From: Saprospiraceae bacterium
GTDB lineage: Bacteria; Bacteroidota; Bacteroidia; Chitinophagales; Saprospiraceae
DNA length: 64,000 bases
Reading direction: 5' to 3'
Assembly: GCA_016717145.1 (NCBI GenBank)
Contig: JADKGD010000074.1
Location: forward strand, 39,690 to 103,689
Position numbers and translations under genes: made by a program. Position 1 is the first letter of the stretch; each line of letters opens with the position of its first letter. Positions 1 to 9,556 of the stretch are shown here, in pieces. The notes beneath the pieces are model-generated. The model was given only the letters and a program-made list of their open reading frames with translations, was not told the origin of the DNA and did not search any database.

Positions 1-136
1 CGCAATTTAATGTAAGGCGGGCTTCAATGCATAGATCACTCTAAACCATCTTGCAGCTTGCTAATACTTCCGGGCGTTACCCCCCAGCGTATGAGAGACT
101 TTCACTCTCAAGATAAACTGCTTCTTTAAGCAGTTT

Positions 137-246
137 GTACAACTTAAATTAAAATTGTACATTTGCCATTCAAGGTACACACACAGGCTACCACGTACAT
201 CTCGCCCTATCGGGACGAGCCGTCGGGTAGCCAAAACCGTTCTATC
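137..246 (+). other. attC-like site A (candidate integron recombination site, 3' end of a cassette lying left of the window)
   Basis: GC-rich nested hairpin: GGCTACC 186-192 pairs with GGTAGCC 226-232, and inner CTCGCCC 201-207 pairs with GGGACGAG 212-219. It is followed by a GTT-core GTTCTATCAC at 239-248. A possible inverse core GTACAAC lies at 137-143. The left boundary is uncertain. Confidence 0.35.
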
Positions 247-325
247 ACATTGAATAAAAAATATTACCAAAAAACCAAATACTATCGAAACAAATTACTA
301 ACTTTATCCGTTAATAATTAGAAGT

Positions 326-610
326 TTGATAAATAGTTTTGCAGATAAAGAAACAGAAAAGATTTGGGAAGGTGAAAAGTCAAAAGTTTTGCCAACCGAG
401 ATCCAACAAGTGGCTCGTAGAAAGCTTAGGATGATCAACAATGCAGAAAACATTAATGATCTAAGAATTCCACCAGGAAACCGCTTGAAAAAACTTAAAG
501 GTGAACTATTAGACTTTTATAGCATTCGAATCAATGATCAGTGGAGAATTATATTTAATTGGCAAAGTAACAACGCTGAAAACGTTCAAATTACAGATTA
601 TCATGAGTAA
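326..610 (+). CDS. higB: HigB-type (RelE/ParE superfamily) toxin, plasmid-maintenance killer family
   Basis: 94-aa ORF with a TTG start. The motifs FADKETEKIW...LRIPPGNRLKKLKGEL..FYSIRINDQWRIIF match HigB. It overlaps the downstream antitoxin by 8 nt. Confidence 0.85.
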   Translation: MINSFADKETEKIWEGEKSKVLPTEIQQVARRKLRMINNAENINDLRIPPGNRLKKLKGELLDFYSIRINDQWRIIFNWQSNNAENVQITDYHE

Positions 611-890
611 ATTAAACAACATACATCCAGGTGAAATTCTAGAAGAAGAATTCCTTAAGCCTATGGGCATTACAGCCTATAAACTTTCACATGCAATAGG
701 AGTGCCACAAACAAGAACAAGTCAAATCCTGAAAGGCAAAAGAAGAATTACTGCTGATACTGCATTGAGACTATCAAAATACTTTGGAACATCCACCAAG
801 TTTTGGCTCGGTCTGCAAAACGACTTTGACATCGAAGAAGAGAAACAGAACATAAAAAAGGAATTGGAACTAATAGAAAAAATGAATTAA
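603..890 (+). CDS. higA: HigA-family HTH (XRE) antitoxin
   Basis: ATG at 603 inside the longer tracked ORF. IHPGEILEEEFLKPMGITAYKLSHAIGVPQTRTSQILKGKRRITADTALRLSKYFGTS is the canonical HigA/VapI helix-turn-helix. Confidence 0.9.
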   Translation: MSKLNNIHPGEILEEEFLKPMGITAYKLSHAIGVPQTRTSQILKGKRRITADTALRLSKYFGTSTKFWLGLQNDFDIEEEKQNIKKELELIEKMN

Positions 891-895
891 AAAAC

Positions 896-968
896 GTGAT
901 AGAACAACGGCTATGATGATAGTTTGGCTATCGCCAAAAACCGTCGCAAAGCACAGCCGTTCTACTCC
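896..968 (+). other. attC-like site B (candidate integron recombination site between two TA cassettes)
   Basis: Imperfect palindrome: gtgatagaacaacggctatg (896-915) pairs with cacagccgttctactccac (951-969), leaving unpaired bases. AAC at 903-905 and GTT at 959-961 sit in the positions of the R'' and R' boxes. The segment is GC-rich relative to its flanks. Confidence 0.5.
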
Positions 969-983
969 ACCACGAAAAAAATA

Positions 984-1015
984 GTTGCCAAATATAGAAA
1001 CTTTAGTTATCTTTG
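984..1015 (+). promoter_or_regulatory. Bacteroidota-type promoter internal to cassette 2
   Basis: TTG at 985-987 and TATCTTTG (TAnnTTTG -7 box) at 1008-1015, spaced about 20 nt apart and 14 nt upstream of the TTG start at 1029. Confidence 0.4.
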
Positions 1016-1028
1016 CTGAAAATTTAGT

Positions 1029-1392
1029 TTGAAGAATTTTGAAACCATATTTTTGGAAGCAGCAAACGAATTTATTGCCAGTCTCGATAAGAAATCGGCA
1101 AGTAAAGTCTTTTATAACATAGATTTAGCAGAGCAAACCAACGATACGAAGATTTTCAAAAAACTTCAAGGTGAAATTTGGGAAACCTAACGAAGTGGTT
1201 CGACACAGTCAATTCAGGAGTAAATATTTAGGAAACCAACATAGATTATTAGCTTTTTGGGATAAGTCAAATAATAGAAATACATTGGTCATTGCAACAC
1301 ATGGCTTTATAAAAAAGACAAGTAAAGTGCCAAAGAGTGAAATTCAAAAGGCTGAGAACATTAGAAGTGAGTATTTTGCATCAAAAAAATAA
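1029..1392 (+). pseudogene. Gp49-like RelE/ParE-family toxin, disrupted by a 28-nt insertion
   Basis: The N-terminal part (LKNFETIFLEAANEFIASLDKKSASKVFYNIDLAEQTNDTKIFKKLQGEIWE) ends at TAA 1188-1190. The C-terminal part (FRSKYLGNQHRLLAFWDKSNNRNTLVIATHGFIKKTSKVPKSEIQKAENIRSEYF) resumes at 1213 in the +1 frame. In my recollection of the family, EIWE and FR are adjacent. Confidence 0.75.
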
Positions 1393-1399
1393 AGATAAA

Positions 1400-1726
1400 A
1401 TGGCAAATAAAGAAATGAAGACATATACCCTGGCAGAGATGAAGGATATGTACATTGGCAAACAGGGTACAAAAGATAGAGACGAATATGAGTATGAACT
1501 TAGGATGGATATCATTGGTAAAATGATCAAACAAGCACGTCAAGATCGAAATTTAACCCAAGAACAATTAGGTGAACTGATTGGTGTTCAAAAATCACAA
1601 ATTTCCAAACTTGAAAGCAGTGCAAACAGTGCAACAATAGATACCATAATCAAAGTATTCAAAGCACTGAAGGCTGAAATAAATTTTCGTGTAAAACTTG
1701 AAAATGAATTTGTACAATTAGTGTAA
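1400..1726 (+). CDS. XRE-family HTH antitoxin (partner of the Gp49-like toxin)
   Basis: ATG at 1400, 8 nt after the toxin stop. NLTQEQLGELIGVQKSQISKLESSANSATIDTIIKVFKAL is a clear HTH_XRE motif. Confidence 0.8.
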   Translation: MANKEMKTYTLAEMKDMYIGKQGTKDRDEYEYELRMDIIGKMIKQARQDRNLTQEQLGELIGVQKSQISKLESSANSATIDTIIKVFKALKAEINFRVKLENEFVQLV

Positions 1727-1738
1727 AATGAAAGGCGA

Positions 1739-1797
1739 GAGTAGAGTCGAGTAGACCGCCCCACCAACCGAAGCTGATGGGGAGCGCCGTGACTGTA
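1739..1797 (+). other. attC-like site C (degenerate)
   Basis: Tandem GAGTAGA copies at 1739-1745 and 1749-1755. cGAGTAGAcC matches 8 of 10 positions of the inverse of the cassette-2 core GTTCTACTCC. CCCCA/TGGGG stem at 1759-1763 and 1778-1782. The right arm gccGTGactg lacks the GTT. Confidence 0.3.
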
Positions 1798-1920
1798 AAG
1801 TATTTTGTGTTTGACGAAGGAGATTGAGAAAAAAGTTAACTTTTATTTCATGGGTCAAATTTTTTTAAAAATTTGCAATATGAAAACATAGAAATGAAAC
1901 ACACCCATTAATCGAAGAGC

Positions 1921-2598
1921 TTGTCTCTCCAATTAAAAGGTCCTGAAGACTTCAGGACCTTGCAAGATATGACTTGGAAACGAGGCATAGAATCGTTATT
2001 ACGAGCAGAGATGAATGAACATTTAGGTTACCCAACAGGTGATAAACCACTTGAAGGGAACTTAAGGGAATGGATATTCCCAAAAGACAATAAAACGTCC
2101 GTCGGAGATCAAGTTATTTCCATACTCGCGATAGGAATGGGGAATTTGAACCCATCATAGTACCTAGGCATAAAAAAACGATGACAAAGGAGTTAGAAGA
2201 TTGCGTCTTACTCCTTTATGCAAAAGAATGAGTAATGCCGATATTGTTGATTTTATGGATCGAACCTATGGCGCAACATATTCAACCAGTAGTATTTCTC
2301 AAATAACGAATTCGCTACTAAAGACATAAAAAGAATGGCAAGGCCGTCCGCTAGACGATCAATATGCGGTAGTTTGGATAGATGGGATACATTACAAAAA
2401 TTAGATCAGAAAATCAGATAGTCTCAAAGGCATGTATGGTAGTCTTGGGGATCAACACAGCAGGCCAACAGGATATATTGAGTCTACGGATCTGTGAGAG
2501 AATCAGCAGCCATGTGGGCTGAAATGTTTGATGATTTTAAAATCCAGCATGTTAAAATGGCATTTATCTTTTTGTCCTACATAGAGAAATTTTTATAA
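1921..2598 (+). pseudogene. IS256-family transposase remnant (frameshifted, 3' half missing)
   Basis: Fragments across three frames: LLRAEMNEHLGY, RNGEFEPIIVPRHKKTMTKELEDCVLLLYAK, MSNADIVDFMDRTYGATYSTSSISQITNSLLKDIKEWQGRPLDDQYAVVWIDGIHYK and VSKACMVVLGINTAGQQDIL. These match the N-terminal half of IS256/mutator-type transposases. No terminal inverted repeats were identified. Confidence 0.7.
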
Positions 2599-2602
2599 AA
2601 AT

Positions 2603-2962
2603 ATGGCCTATAAAGAACATACTGCCCAACGTATCAGAGAAATACTTTATCGCTTAAATGTAGTATTTTCTGAAAAAAAAATGTTTAGTGGCATTTGTTT
2701 TATGGTAGATGACAAGATGTGTTGTGGCACACACTTAGATAAAAAATCAGGTGAAGAATTTGTACTCTGCAGAATAGGTGAAGAAGCCTATTATTCAGCA
2801 GTCGAACGAAATGATTGTATTCCAATGGAATTTACCGGAAAAGCTATGGTAGGTTTTGTTTTTGTCACGGAAGTTGGATTCGAAAACGACAAATCCTTGT
2901 CCAAATGGTTACAACTCTGTCTGAATTTTAACCCTTTGGCTAAAAAAAGTAAAAAAAAATAA
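2603..2962 (+). CDS. TfoX/Sxy N-terminal-domain family protein
   Basis: 119-aa ORF. QRIREIL....SEKKMFSGICFMVDDKMCCG...LCRIG fits the TfoX_N pattern. Confidence 0.65.
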   Translation: MAYKEHTAQRIREILYRLNVVFSEKKMFSGICFMVDDKMCCGTHLDKKSGEEFVLCRIGEEAYYSAVERNDCIPMEFTGKAMVGFVFVTEVGFENDKSLSKWLQLCLNFNPLAKKSKKK

Positions 2963-2982
2963 TACATGCTATTCAAGATTAA

Positions 2983-3884
2983 CTAAGCCCAAAGATTTGA
3001 AGGGTAAATGCCATTTGAAATCAGTTCTGATATTTTTTCCATGACAAAAGGTTTATCTTCCTGATAAGTTACGCCAAACCAATCTGATTCTGTTTCAATA
3101 ACTTTTACATTTAAAATATCATTTTTTATCAGGTCATCAATAACTGAAGGTATATAAAACTCGGATGTCAATTTTTCGCCCTCATCCTTTAGAAAATTAA
3201 TAAATAGTTTTTGGCAATGATCAAAATAAGAAGGCAAAAAGCCCCACATATTCATAGATACCAATGTATTTTCGCTTAAGGTTTGAAAGCCATTTTCAAT
3301 TGGAAAACGAATACAACCATCTTCATCTCTCTTTATCTTAATACATTCTACAACTTTTCTTAAATTGCCTTCACTGTCTTTGGAACAAACGCCTCTGTTT
3401 ACGGTGCCATGTTCAGAAAGTGTATTTCGCAGAAAATAGGCTATTACTGAATAATCAGACACTCCATCTTTACTGGAAGATAAAAAATCTGCAAGTTGTT
3501 TGTATGAGGCTACTCCATAATAATCATCTGCGTTTATAACCCCAAAAGGTTCATTTATAACATGTTTGGCAACCCATATAGCATGGGCAGTGCCCCAAGG
3601 TTTTTCGTTCCTCGTTAAATGTGCTTCCTGTAGGCACAATATCCAATTCCTGTGCTACAAATTCCATTTCAATCCTGCCTGCTAACTATTTCTGAAGTAT
3701 TGTTCAAACTCATCTTTAAATGATTGTCTGACGATAAAGACGATTTTCCAAATCTTGCATTGATGGCATCGTAAATTGAATATTCAATAATAGTTTCTCC
3801 ATTGGGTCCAAAAGAATCCATTTGTTTCAATTTCCCGTATCTGCTTCCCATTCCTGCTGCGAGGATCAATAATGTAGGCTTCAT
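2983..3884 (-). CDS. Sugar-phosphate nucleotidyltransferase family protein (frameshifted three times)
   Basis: N-terminus MKPTLLILAAGMGSRYG.LKQMD (GxGxR nucleotide-binding loop) and C-terminus KPWGTAHAIW..INADDYYG. Reading across frames restores ..FGKIVFIVRQSFKDEFEQYFRNS/LAGRIEMEFVAQELDIVPTGSTFNEERK/KPWGTAHA. The shifts lie at short A/T runs (for example T4 at 3744-3747). Confidence 0.7.
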
Positions 3885-4227
3885 TATTAAGAGTCTGTTT
3901 TAGTTTTTAGATAATTTTTGTATTAAACGATGGCAAATTAGTTTTTAAACAAAATTCACCTTCTATAGAGATGAAAAATCAGATAAATATTTTCGTTTTG
4001 TGGCTAAAGTTGGAAATAGTGCCCCTTACCTGCATTTAATTTTATTATATGCGATGTTAAAGATTGTTAACAATGCTCTAATAGTGTATTTTCTAATACA
4101 TATACTACTGATTGTCATTAATTTAGATATTTTTTACTAAATTTGATAAAAAAATAAACGTAAAACTAACAATATATTTTGATCAGATATACCTTTGCAT
4201 CGTTATTCAAATCTAAAATTAAAAAGA

Positions 4228-4774
4228 ATGAAGAAGTTGTTATTATTTGCTCTACCGTTTTTTTATTTTCATGTAAGTCTGGTGTTGATGCTCACAAAGC
4301 TGCAATCGAAGAATTAGGAACTAACTGGGATGCTGCAACTGCAGCTGCAACTGGATTTTCAGAAGGTCTTACCAAAGATGTGACAGGTTACACTGAAGCA
4401 GCTGCTGCAATGACATTATCTGAAGATGCTGTTAAAGGTCTTAAACCTGATATGGCTGCTAAGTATGCTGAAGCAACTGCTGCTTACAAAGCTGCAACTG
4501 TTGATGCTTATGCACCAATCCAAACTGAATTAAATGATTTCGTTACTATGTGGACTGAAAAGGCTGCTGGTGTAACTGCACGCTTAAAGATGGTCTTGCT
4601 GCTGGTAAAATCGAAGGAGATGTTGCTGCACAAATAGCTGAACTTTCTGGTCTTGTTACTCAAGGAACTGAGAAAGTAACTGCATGGACTGCAAAGCAAG
4701 CTGAAGTTAAAACTGCTGCTGATTCTGCACTTGGTATGCTTAAATCAGCTTACGAAATGGTAGCTAAGAAATAA
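4228..4774 (+). CDS. Alanine-rich lipoprotein of unknown function (two frameshifts)
   Basis: MKKLLLFALP..FLFSCKSG gives a signal peptide and lipobox once a T7 run at about 4258-4264 is corrected. The helical Ala-rich body continues after a second shift near 4577 and ends at TAA 4772-4774. A strong terminator follows. Confidence 0.6.
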
Positions 4775-4798
4775 TCAATTATTGATTACATAAAAAAG

Positions 4799-4831
4799 GT
4801 CCTTCTTGGTTTTCCAGGAAGGACTTTTTTT
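4799..4831 (+). terminator. Rho-independent terminator
   Basis: Stem GTCCTTC (4799-4805) / GAAGGAC (4818-4824) followed by a T7 run. Confidence 0.75.
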
Positions 4832-4941
4832 ATATTATAAAGTATGAATTCTACATTTATTCTGCGCTTAAGAATAGAAATCTTCCAAAAGAACCTCATA
4901 TCTGATACCTAGATTAAGTTTTGATTTAAGATATTTTACAA

Positions 4942-5624
4942 TTATATATTAAATGCCTTAAGATATTGATCAATAAGAGCTTTGGATCTTGATTTATATT
5001 GCATAATGTACCTGGGATGCTCTAGTGGAATGACGCGCTCAAAAAACTATATGTCTTATTCAACTTGTTTAGATAGGCATAATTCTTACCAGTCCCCAAA
5101 CAATAACAAATGTCATGCATTCCACATAATGCTATTTGTTTCCTGATGCTGTTTACAATAAAATCTTCCATAGCCATTTGTAAATCTATAGTCATAATAA
5201 TTATAATTTACTACTTTATGATTGTTATTGGTCTTTACAAACCCTAAAGGACAAACTGACGAAATAAAAATTTGCCATAAAACAATTCAGTTCCTCCATA
5301 TGCTTTTATCATCTCATAAATAAAAACCGATGATGGTTCATGCGTTACGAAACCTGAAAATAAAATACCACAATCAGCATTGAGTCGTTTTGTATCGGTG
5401 AAAGGAATCCCTGTTGATCCTGCCCCAAGTCTGCCCGGATTAATACCCAGAATTAACCGACGAGGATTATTATCATTATAGTACTTATGGTAAAAAATAT
5501 GGCATAAAACTTTTATTTCTTCACTTTCATAATATGGATTCATTAACGCTATATCTGCAGGTAGTTTACCCGCAAATTTAAGGTCACTATAAAAGTCAAG
5601 AATTTTATCTGATATGAGTTTCAT
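4942..5624 (-). CDS. DUF4918 / SMUG2-like uracil-DNA glycosylase family protein (frameshifted)
   Basis: MKLISDKILDFYSDLKF...NPYYESEEIKVLCHIFYHKYYNDNNPRRLILGINPGRLGAGSTGIPFTDTKRL, and in other frames DFIVNSIRKQIAL... and VIPLEHPRYIMQYKSRSKALIDQYLKAFNI*. This is characteristic of the DUF4918 UDG-like family. Confidence 0.75.
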
Positions 5625-5750
5625 GTCTAAACAATATCTGGGACAAGAAAGATTAGTTAGGTAAGATAGGATTATGTGATATTCACCATTTTTCAATCTC
5701 AAGTTCTAAGATCAAATCCATTGTGAATATAAAAGTGATATAAAAAATTA

Positions 5751-7216
5751 TTAAAACTCAAAACAACCAATATCAGGGACTGGCTTTCTAGTTTTACCAA
5801 GGATGTCTTTAAGAACATTAGACAAAAATTTACCTTTACCCAAAACGACAGACATAGTATCCAACTGATAATTATCTTTGCTTACAGATAAAAATAGTTT
5901 GTCATTAGATTTTATATTGATACAATTATCACAATGATCAAAAAAATCAGGTGTGTTTTTAGGATCGACCAGATCGTTTACCCGAAAGGCACAGTTGTTA
6001 AATAAATAATTAAAATCATTATCATTTTCGTTAGCCTGGCTTATTCCAACCTCATCAAAACCTGACCCTGAAAAAATGCAGTTATTCAAAGTAGCATTTA
6101 ATTTATTTAGTTTAAGGCACCCATTCAGACTACAACAAAGGATATCTTCACAATAAAAATCCGTAAGTATGACTGCTTCATCCTGACCTTCATAGCTTCC
6201 TACAGTACAATAGTTAAACAAATAATTGCCCCCATAAGTTAGCTGCATACCATATGAACCATTATTAAAAAGCAAACAATTTTCTCCATGTATACTGGCA
6301 TGTCTTCCTATTATACCCGCGCTACCTGTGTTACTTATCTGACACCCGAACAATTTTACATCAGCAAGCGAATCAGCCCTCAAACCGATGATTGAATTTT
6401 TAATAGTAGTGTGTTCCAATACATTGTTTTTAGATTCCTGCCAGAATAATAAGCCTACCCATTGAGATTTTACATCTTTGTATTCTTCCTCAAGTCTGTC
6501 ACCTTGAAATATTACCGGTTTATCCACGTTACCAAGGCTTTCAATTTGCCATTTTTCAAGAATACCAATAAGCCATCATTATAAATAGAATTCTCATTTC
6601 TCACTACCCCACCATGTACGTAAATCCTGGCACCTGCCGGAAGCACTAGTGTACAGCTATCTACATACAAAATACCATAAATGACGTAAGGCTTAGGATC
6701 GTCCCATATTACTTCTGCAAAATTTGCTTTTAGGATCGAGCTTGTACCACCGCTTCTATTGGACGGTATGTAATTTGCATTTGCCCCAAGCTTCCAGATA
6801 AGCTATGGCTATATTACCGTTTACAGACACCTCAATTTGATCTTCAATGATAAAAAGGAGATACATTTAGTGGCAGATTAGGATCAATGGTAACTTCAAC
6901 AAAGATGTAGATACTGTCTTTGCATTTATTTCCAAATCTTCAATTATTGGCCTTTTTATACCATCTGCATTGATTCTGAAAAAGAATTGTTCTGATTTTT
7001 TAAGGTAACATTGATTAGAATTGGTTCTGACTTAGGGTTAAAAATCTTGATAAATCTTGTGGATGACCCTAATGATGTAAAAACTGTATCAAACCGCAAA
7101 GTATCGTTAGAAAATGTAAGTTGAACATCATTTCCTTCATAATAACCATCCCTCTGACAAGAAATTACAACAAAAATTAATATAACAAAGGTAAAAGAAC
7201 ATATTCGTCCTAACAT
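5751..7216 (-). CDS. Lipoprotein with right-handed beta-helix-like repeats, unknown function (several frameshifts)
   Basis: N-terminal signal and lipobox (FVVISCQ). Segments in alternating frames join up: ...FNPKSEPILINVTLKNQNNSF/FRINADGIKRPIIEDLEINAKDSIYIFVEVTIDPN/..ANANYIPSNRSGGTSSILKANFAEVIWDDPKPYVIYGILYVDSCTLVLPAGARIYVHGG/..IFQGDRLEEEY.... The C-terminal half is rich in N/G/C repeats. Confidence 0.55.
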
Positions 7217-7379
7217 TAAATGATATTTTCTATTAACAATAAACCTAAAACGAAGCAACAAAAGAATTATTCCGTATATACTAAAATTTTTATTTTCTAA
7301 TATACACCAATAGACATTCTATAATGTTATCACGGGACAAAAAGTACTATATTTACCCCATTAATAAAATGATGACATA

Positions 7380-8070
7380 TTGAAGCCAGTTATTGATATA
7401 ATCATTCCAGTATTTAATGAGGAAGATTCCATTCAAAAAGTAATATCTGAAATTCCGAAAGACTTAGTGCGGAATATCATAGTTTGTAATAATGGAAGTA
7501 CAGACAATACTGGTCAGGTAGCTGAAAAAAATGGAGCTATTGTAGTTTTTGAGCCTATCAAAGGATATGGCAATGCTTGTTTGAAAGGAATAGACTATGT
7601 CAGTCACCTTGATAAAAAACCGGATATTATTGTATTTTTAGATGGCGATTATTCTGATTACCCGAAAGATATGACTGAATTGGTTGACAAAATTATCCTC
7701 GACAATAATGATATGGTAATTGGATCAAGGGCATTGGGAACTTTGGAGGCAGGCGCAATGATGCCCCAACAAATATTTGGAAACTGGTTGGCAACATTAC
7801 TGATTAAATGTATTTACAACTACAATTTTACAGATTTGGGACCGTTCAGGGCAATAAAGTATATAAAATTGATGGAAATGCAAATGAGTGACAAAACTTT
7901 TGGCTGGACAGTAGAAATGCAAGTCAAGGCGGCTAAAATGCATATGCAGACAGCAGAAATACCGGTTAGATATCGAAAACGTATTGGTAAATCCAAAGTA
8001 TCCGGAACCATCAAAGGTACTATCTTTGGCAGGGCATAAAATTTTATGGACAATATTTAAACTGATATAA
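7380..8070 (+). CDS. Glycosyltransferase family 2 (polyprenyl-phosphate sugar synthase, DPM1-like)
   Basis: IIIPVFNEEDSI, FLDGDYSD (DxD), and the C-terminal RYRKRIGKSKVSG. TTG start. A shift near 8027 restores the terminal AGHKILWTIFKLI*. Confidence 0.8.
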
Positions 8071-8090
8071 ATATGTTGAAATAGTGGGTT

Positions 8091-9552
8091 ATGGTTTTAA
8101 CAATTTATATTGTTGCTTTGACTTATGTCACTTTATTTTGTCTTATGCAGTTGCATTTATTGTTTAGATATTTAAATACAAAAAATAGTCCTCGTGTCAT
8201 ACATAAGCGAAATATAGATTCTGAAAAAATACTTCCGTGTGTGACCATACAATTACCTGTATATAACGAAAAATATGTAATTGAAAGATTGATTGACAAT
8301 ATAATAAAATTGGACTACCGAAAAGATAGAATGGAAATTCATATACTCGATGATTCAACAGACGAGACAAAAACGATCGTACAGAAAAAAGTAAGTTATT
8401 ATAAAAAATCCGGTTACAATATTGACTACTTTAACCGGCATGAAAGAACAGGGTTTAAAGCCGGAGCACTTAAAGATGGTATGAAAATGGCTAAAGGAGA
8501 GTTTATAGCAATTTTTGATGCAGATTTTCTGCCCAGACCCAATTTTCTAAGATTGACACTTCCATCATTTGATGATCCAAAGATAGGTGTAGTCCAGACC
8601 AGGTGGGAGCACATCAATCAAAGCTACTCTTTACTTACTGAACTGCAGGCGTTTCAGTTAAATGTACATTTTACAGTTGAACAAAAAGGACGTTATCAGG
8701 CAGGCTATATGCTTCAGTTTAACGGAACTGCAGGTATATGGCGTTCCTCTTGCATTATTGATGCAGGAGGCTGGGAAGCTGGACACGTTAACCGAAGATC
8801 TGGACCTTAGGTACAGGGCACAAATGAAAGGTTGGCATATCAAATATCTGGAGCATGTTACTGCACCGGCAGAATTGCCTGCTGAAATCAACGGCCTTAA
8901 ATCCCAACAATTCAGATGGATGAAAGGTGGAGCCGAGACTGCCAAAAAAATGTTACCTCGTGTATGGGATTCTAAAATCAGCTTTGTAAGAAAGGTTCAG
9001 GCTACGGTGCATTTATTGTCCAGCTCTATTTTCGTTTTTGTTTTTATACTTGGTATATTCAGTGTTCCATTACTCTTTTTTCTTAACCCATTGGGAATCG
9101 ATACATACAAGTTTTCACTTTTTTTTAATATCCTTATTATCAATAATACTTGTTTATTATGTCGCAAACGTAGGAGTGGCCTGGCCGCGTGAAAATAAGA
9201 TCAAAATGGTATTTAAGTTTATCTTCTTGTTTCCCTCTTTCTTGCTTTATCTATGGGCCTGGCTTTTCACAACTCTTGGCTGTATTTCAAGGCTTTATAG
9301 GAAAAAATCATCATTTGTCCGAACGCCAAAATTTGGCATAAAAAACGTTCGAATTCGATCATTAAAACAGTTTATATCACCAAAAAACTGGACTGGGTTT
9401 TATTTGTGAAGGCTTATTAAGCATTTATTTTTTTACAATTTATCTTGGCTGGCTGTATAATATGCCTCAATTTTTTTGCCATGCATCTGTTGTTAGCTAT
9501 GGGATATCTTATATTGTTTGTTTATGCGCTTCAAAGTAAATATTCAAAGTGA
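8091..9552 (+). CDS. Processive-type glycosyltransferase family 2 membrane protein (frameshifted)
   Basis: QLPVYNEKYV, ILDDSTD, IFDADF, VVQTRWEH and QQFRWMKG (Q(Q/R)xRW) motifs. The multi-TM C-terminus is spread over three ORFs (8091-8810, 8662-9192, 9038-9409) and a final frame ending at TGA 9550-9552. Confidence 0.8.
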
Positions 9553-9556
9553 AAAA

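Noticed and set aside
61-270. 69-aa minus-strand ORF at the left edge
   Set aside because: It runs straight through the hairpin cluster and attC-like palindrome (93-248). Its sequence is Cys/Arg-rich and low-complexity, with no recognisable family. The palindromic DNA most likely generates it by chance.
534-602. N-terminal extension of the higA ORF (tracked start at 534)
   Set aside because: The extension lies inside higB in another frame. The HigA homology begins at the ATG at 603, which gives the typical short toxin-antitoxin overlap.
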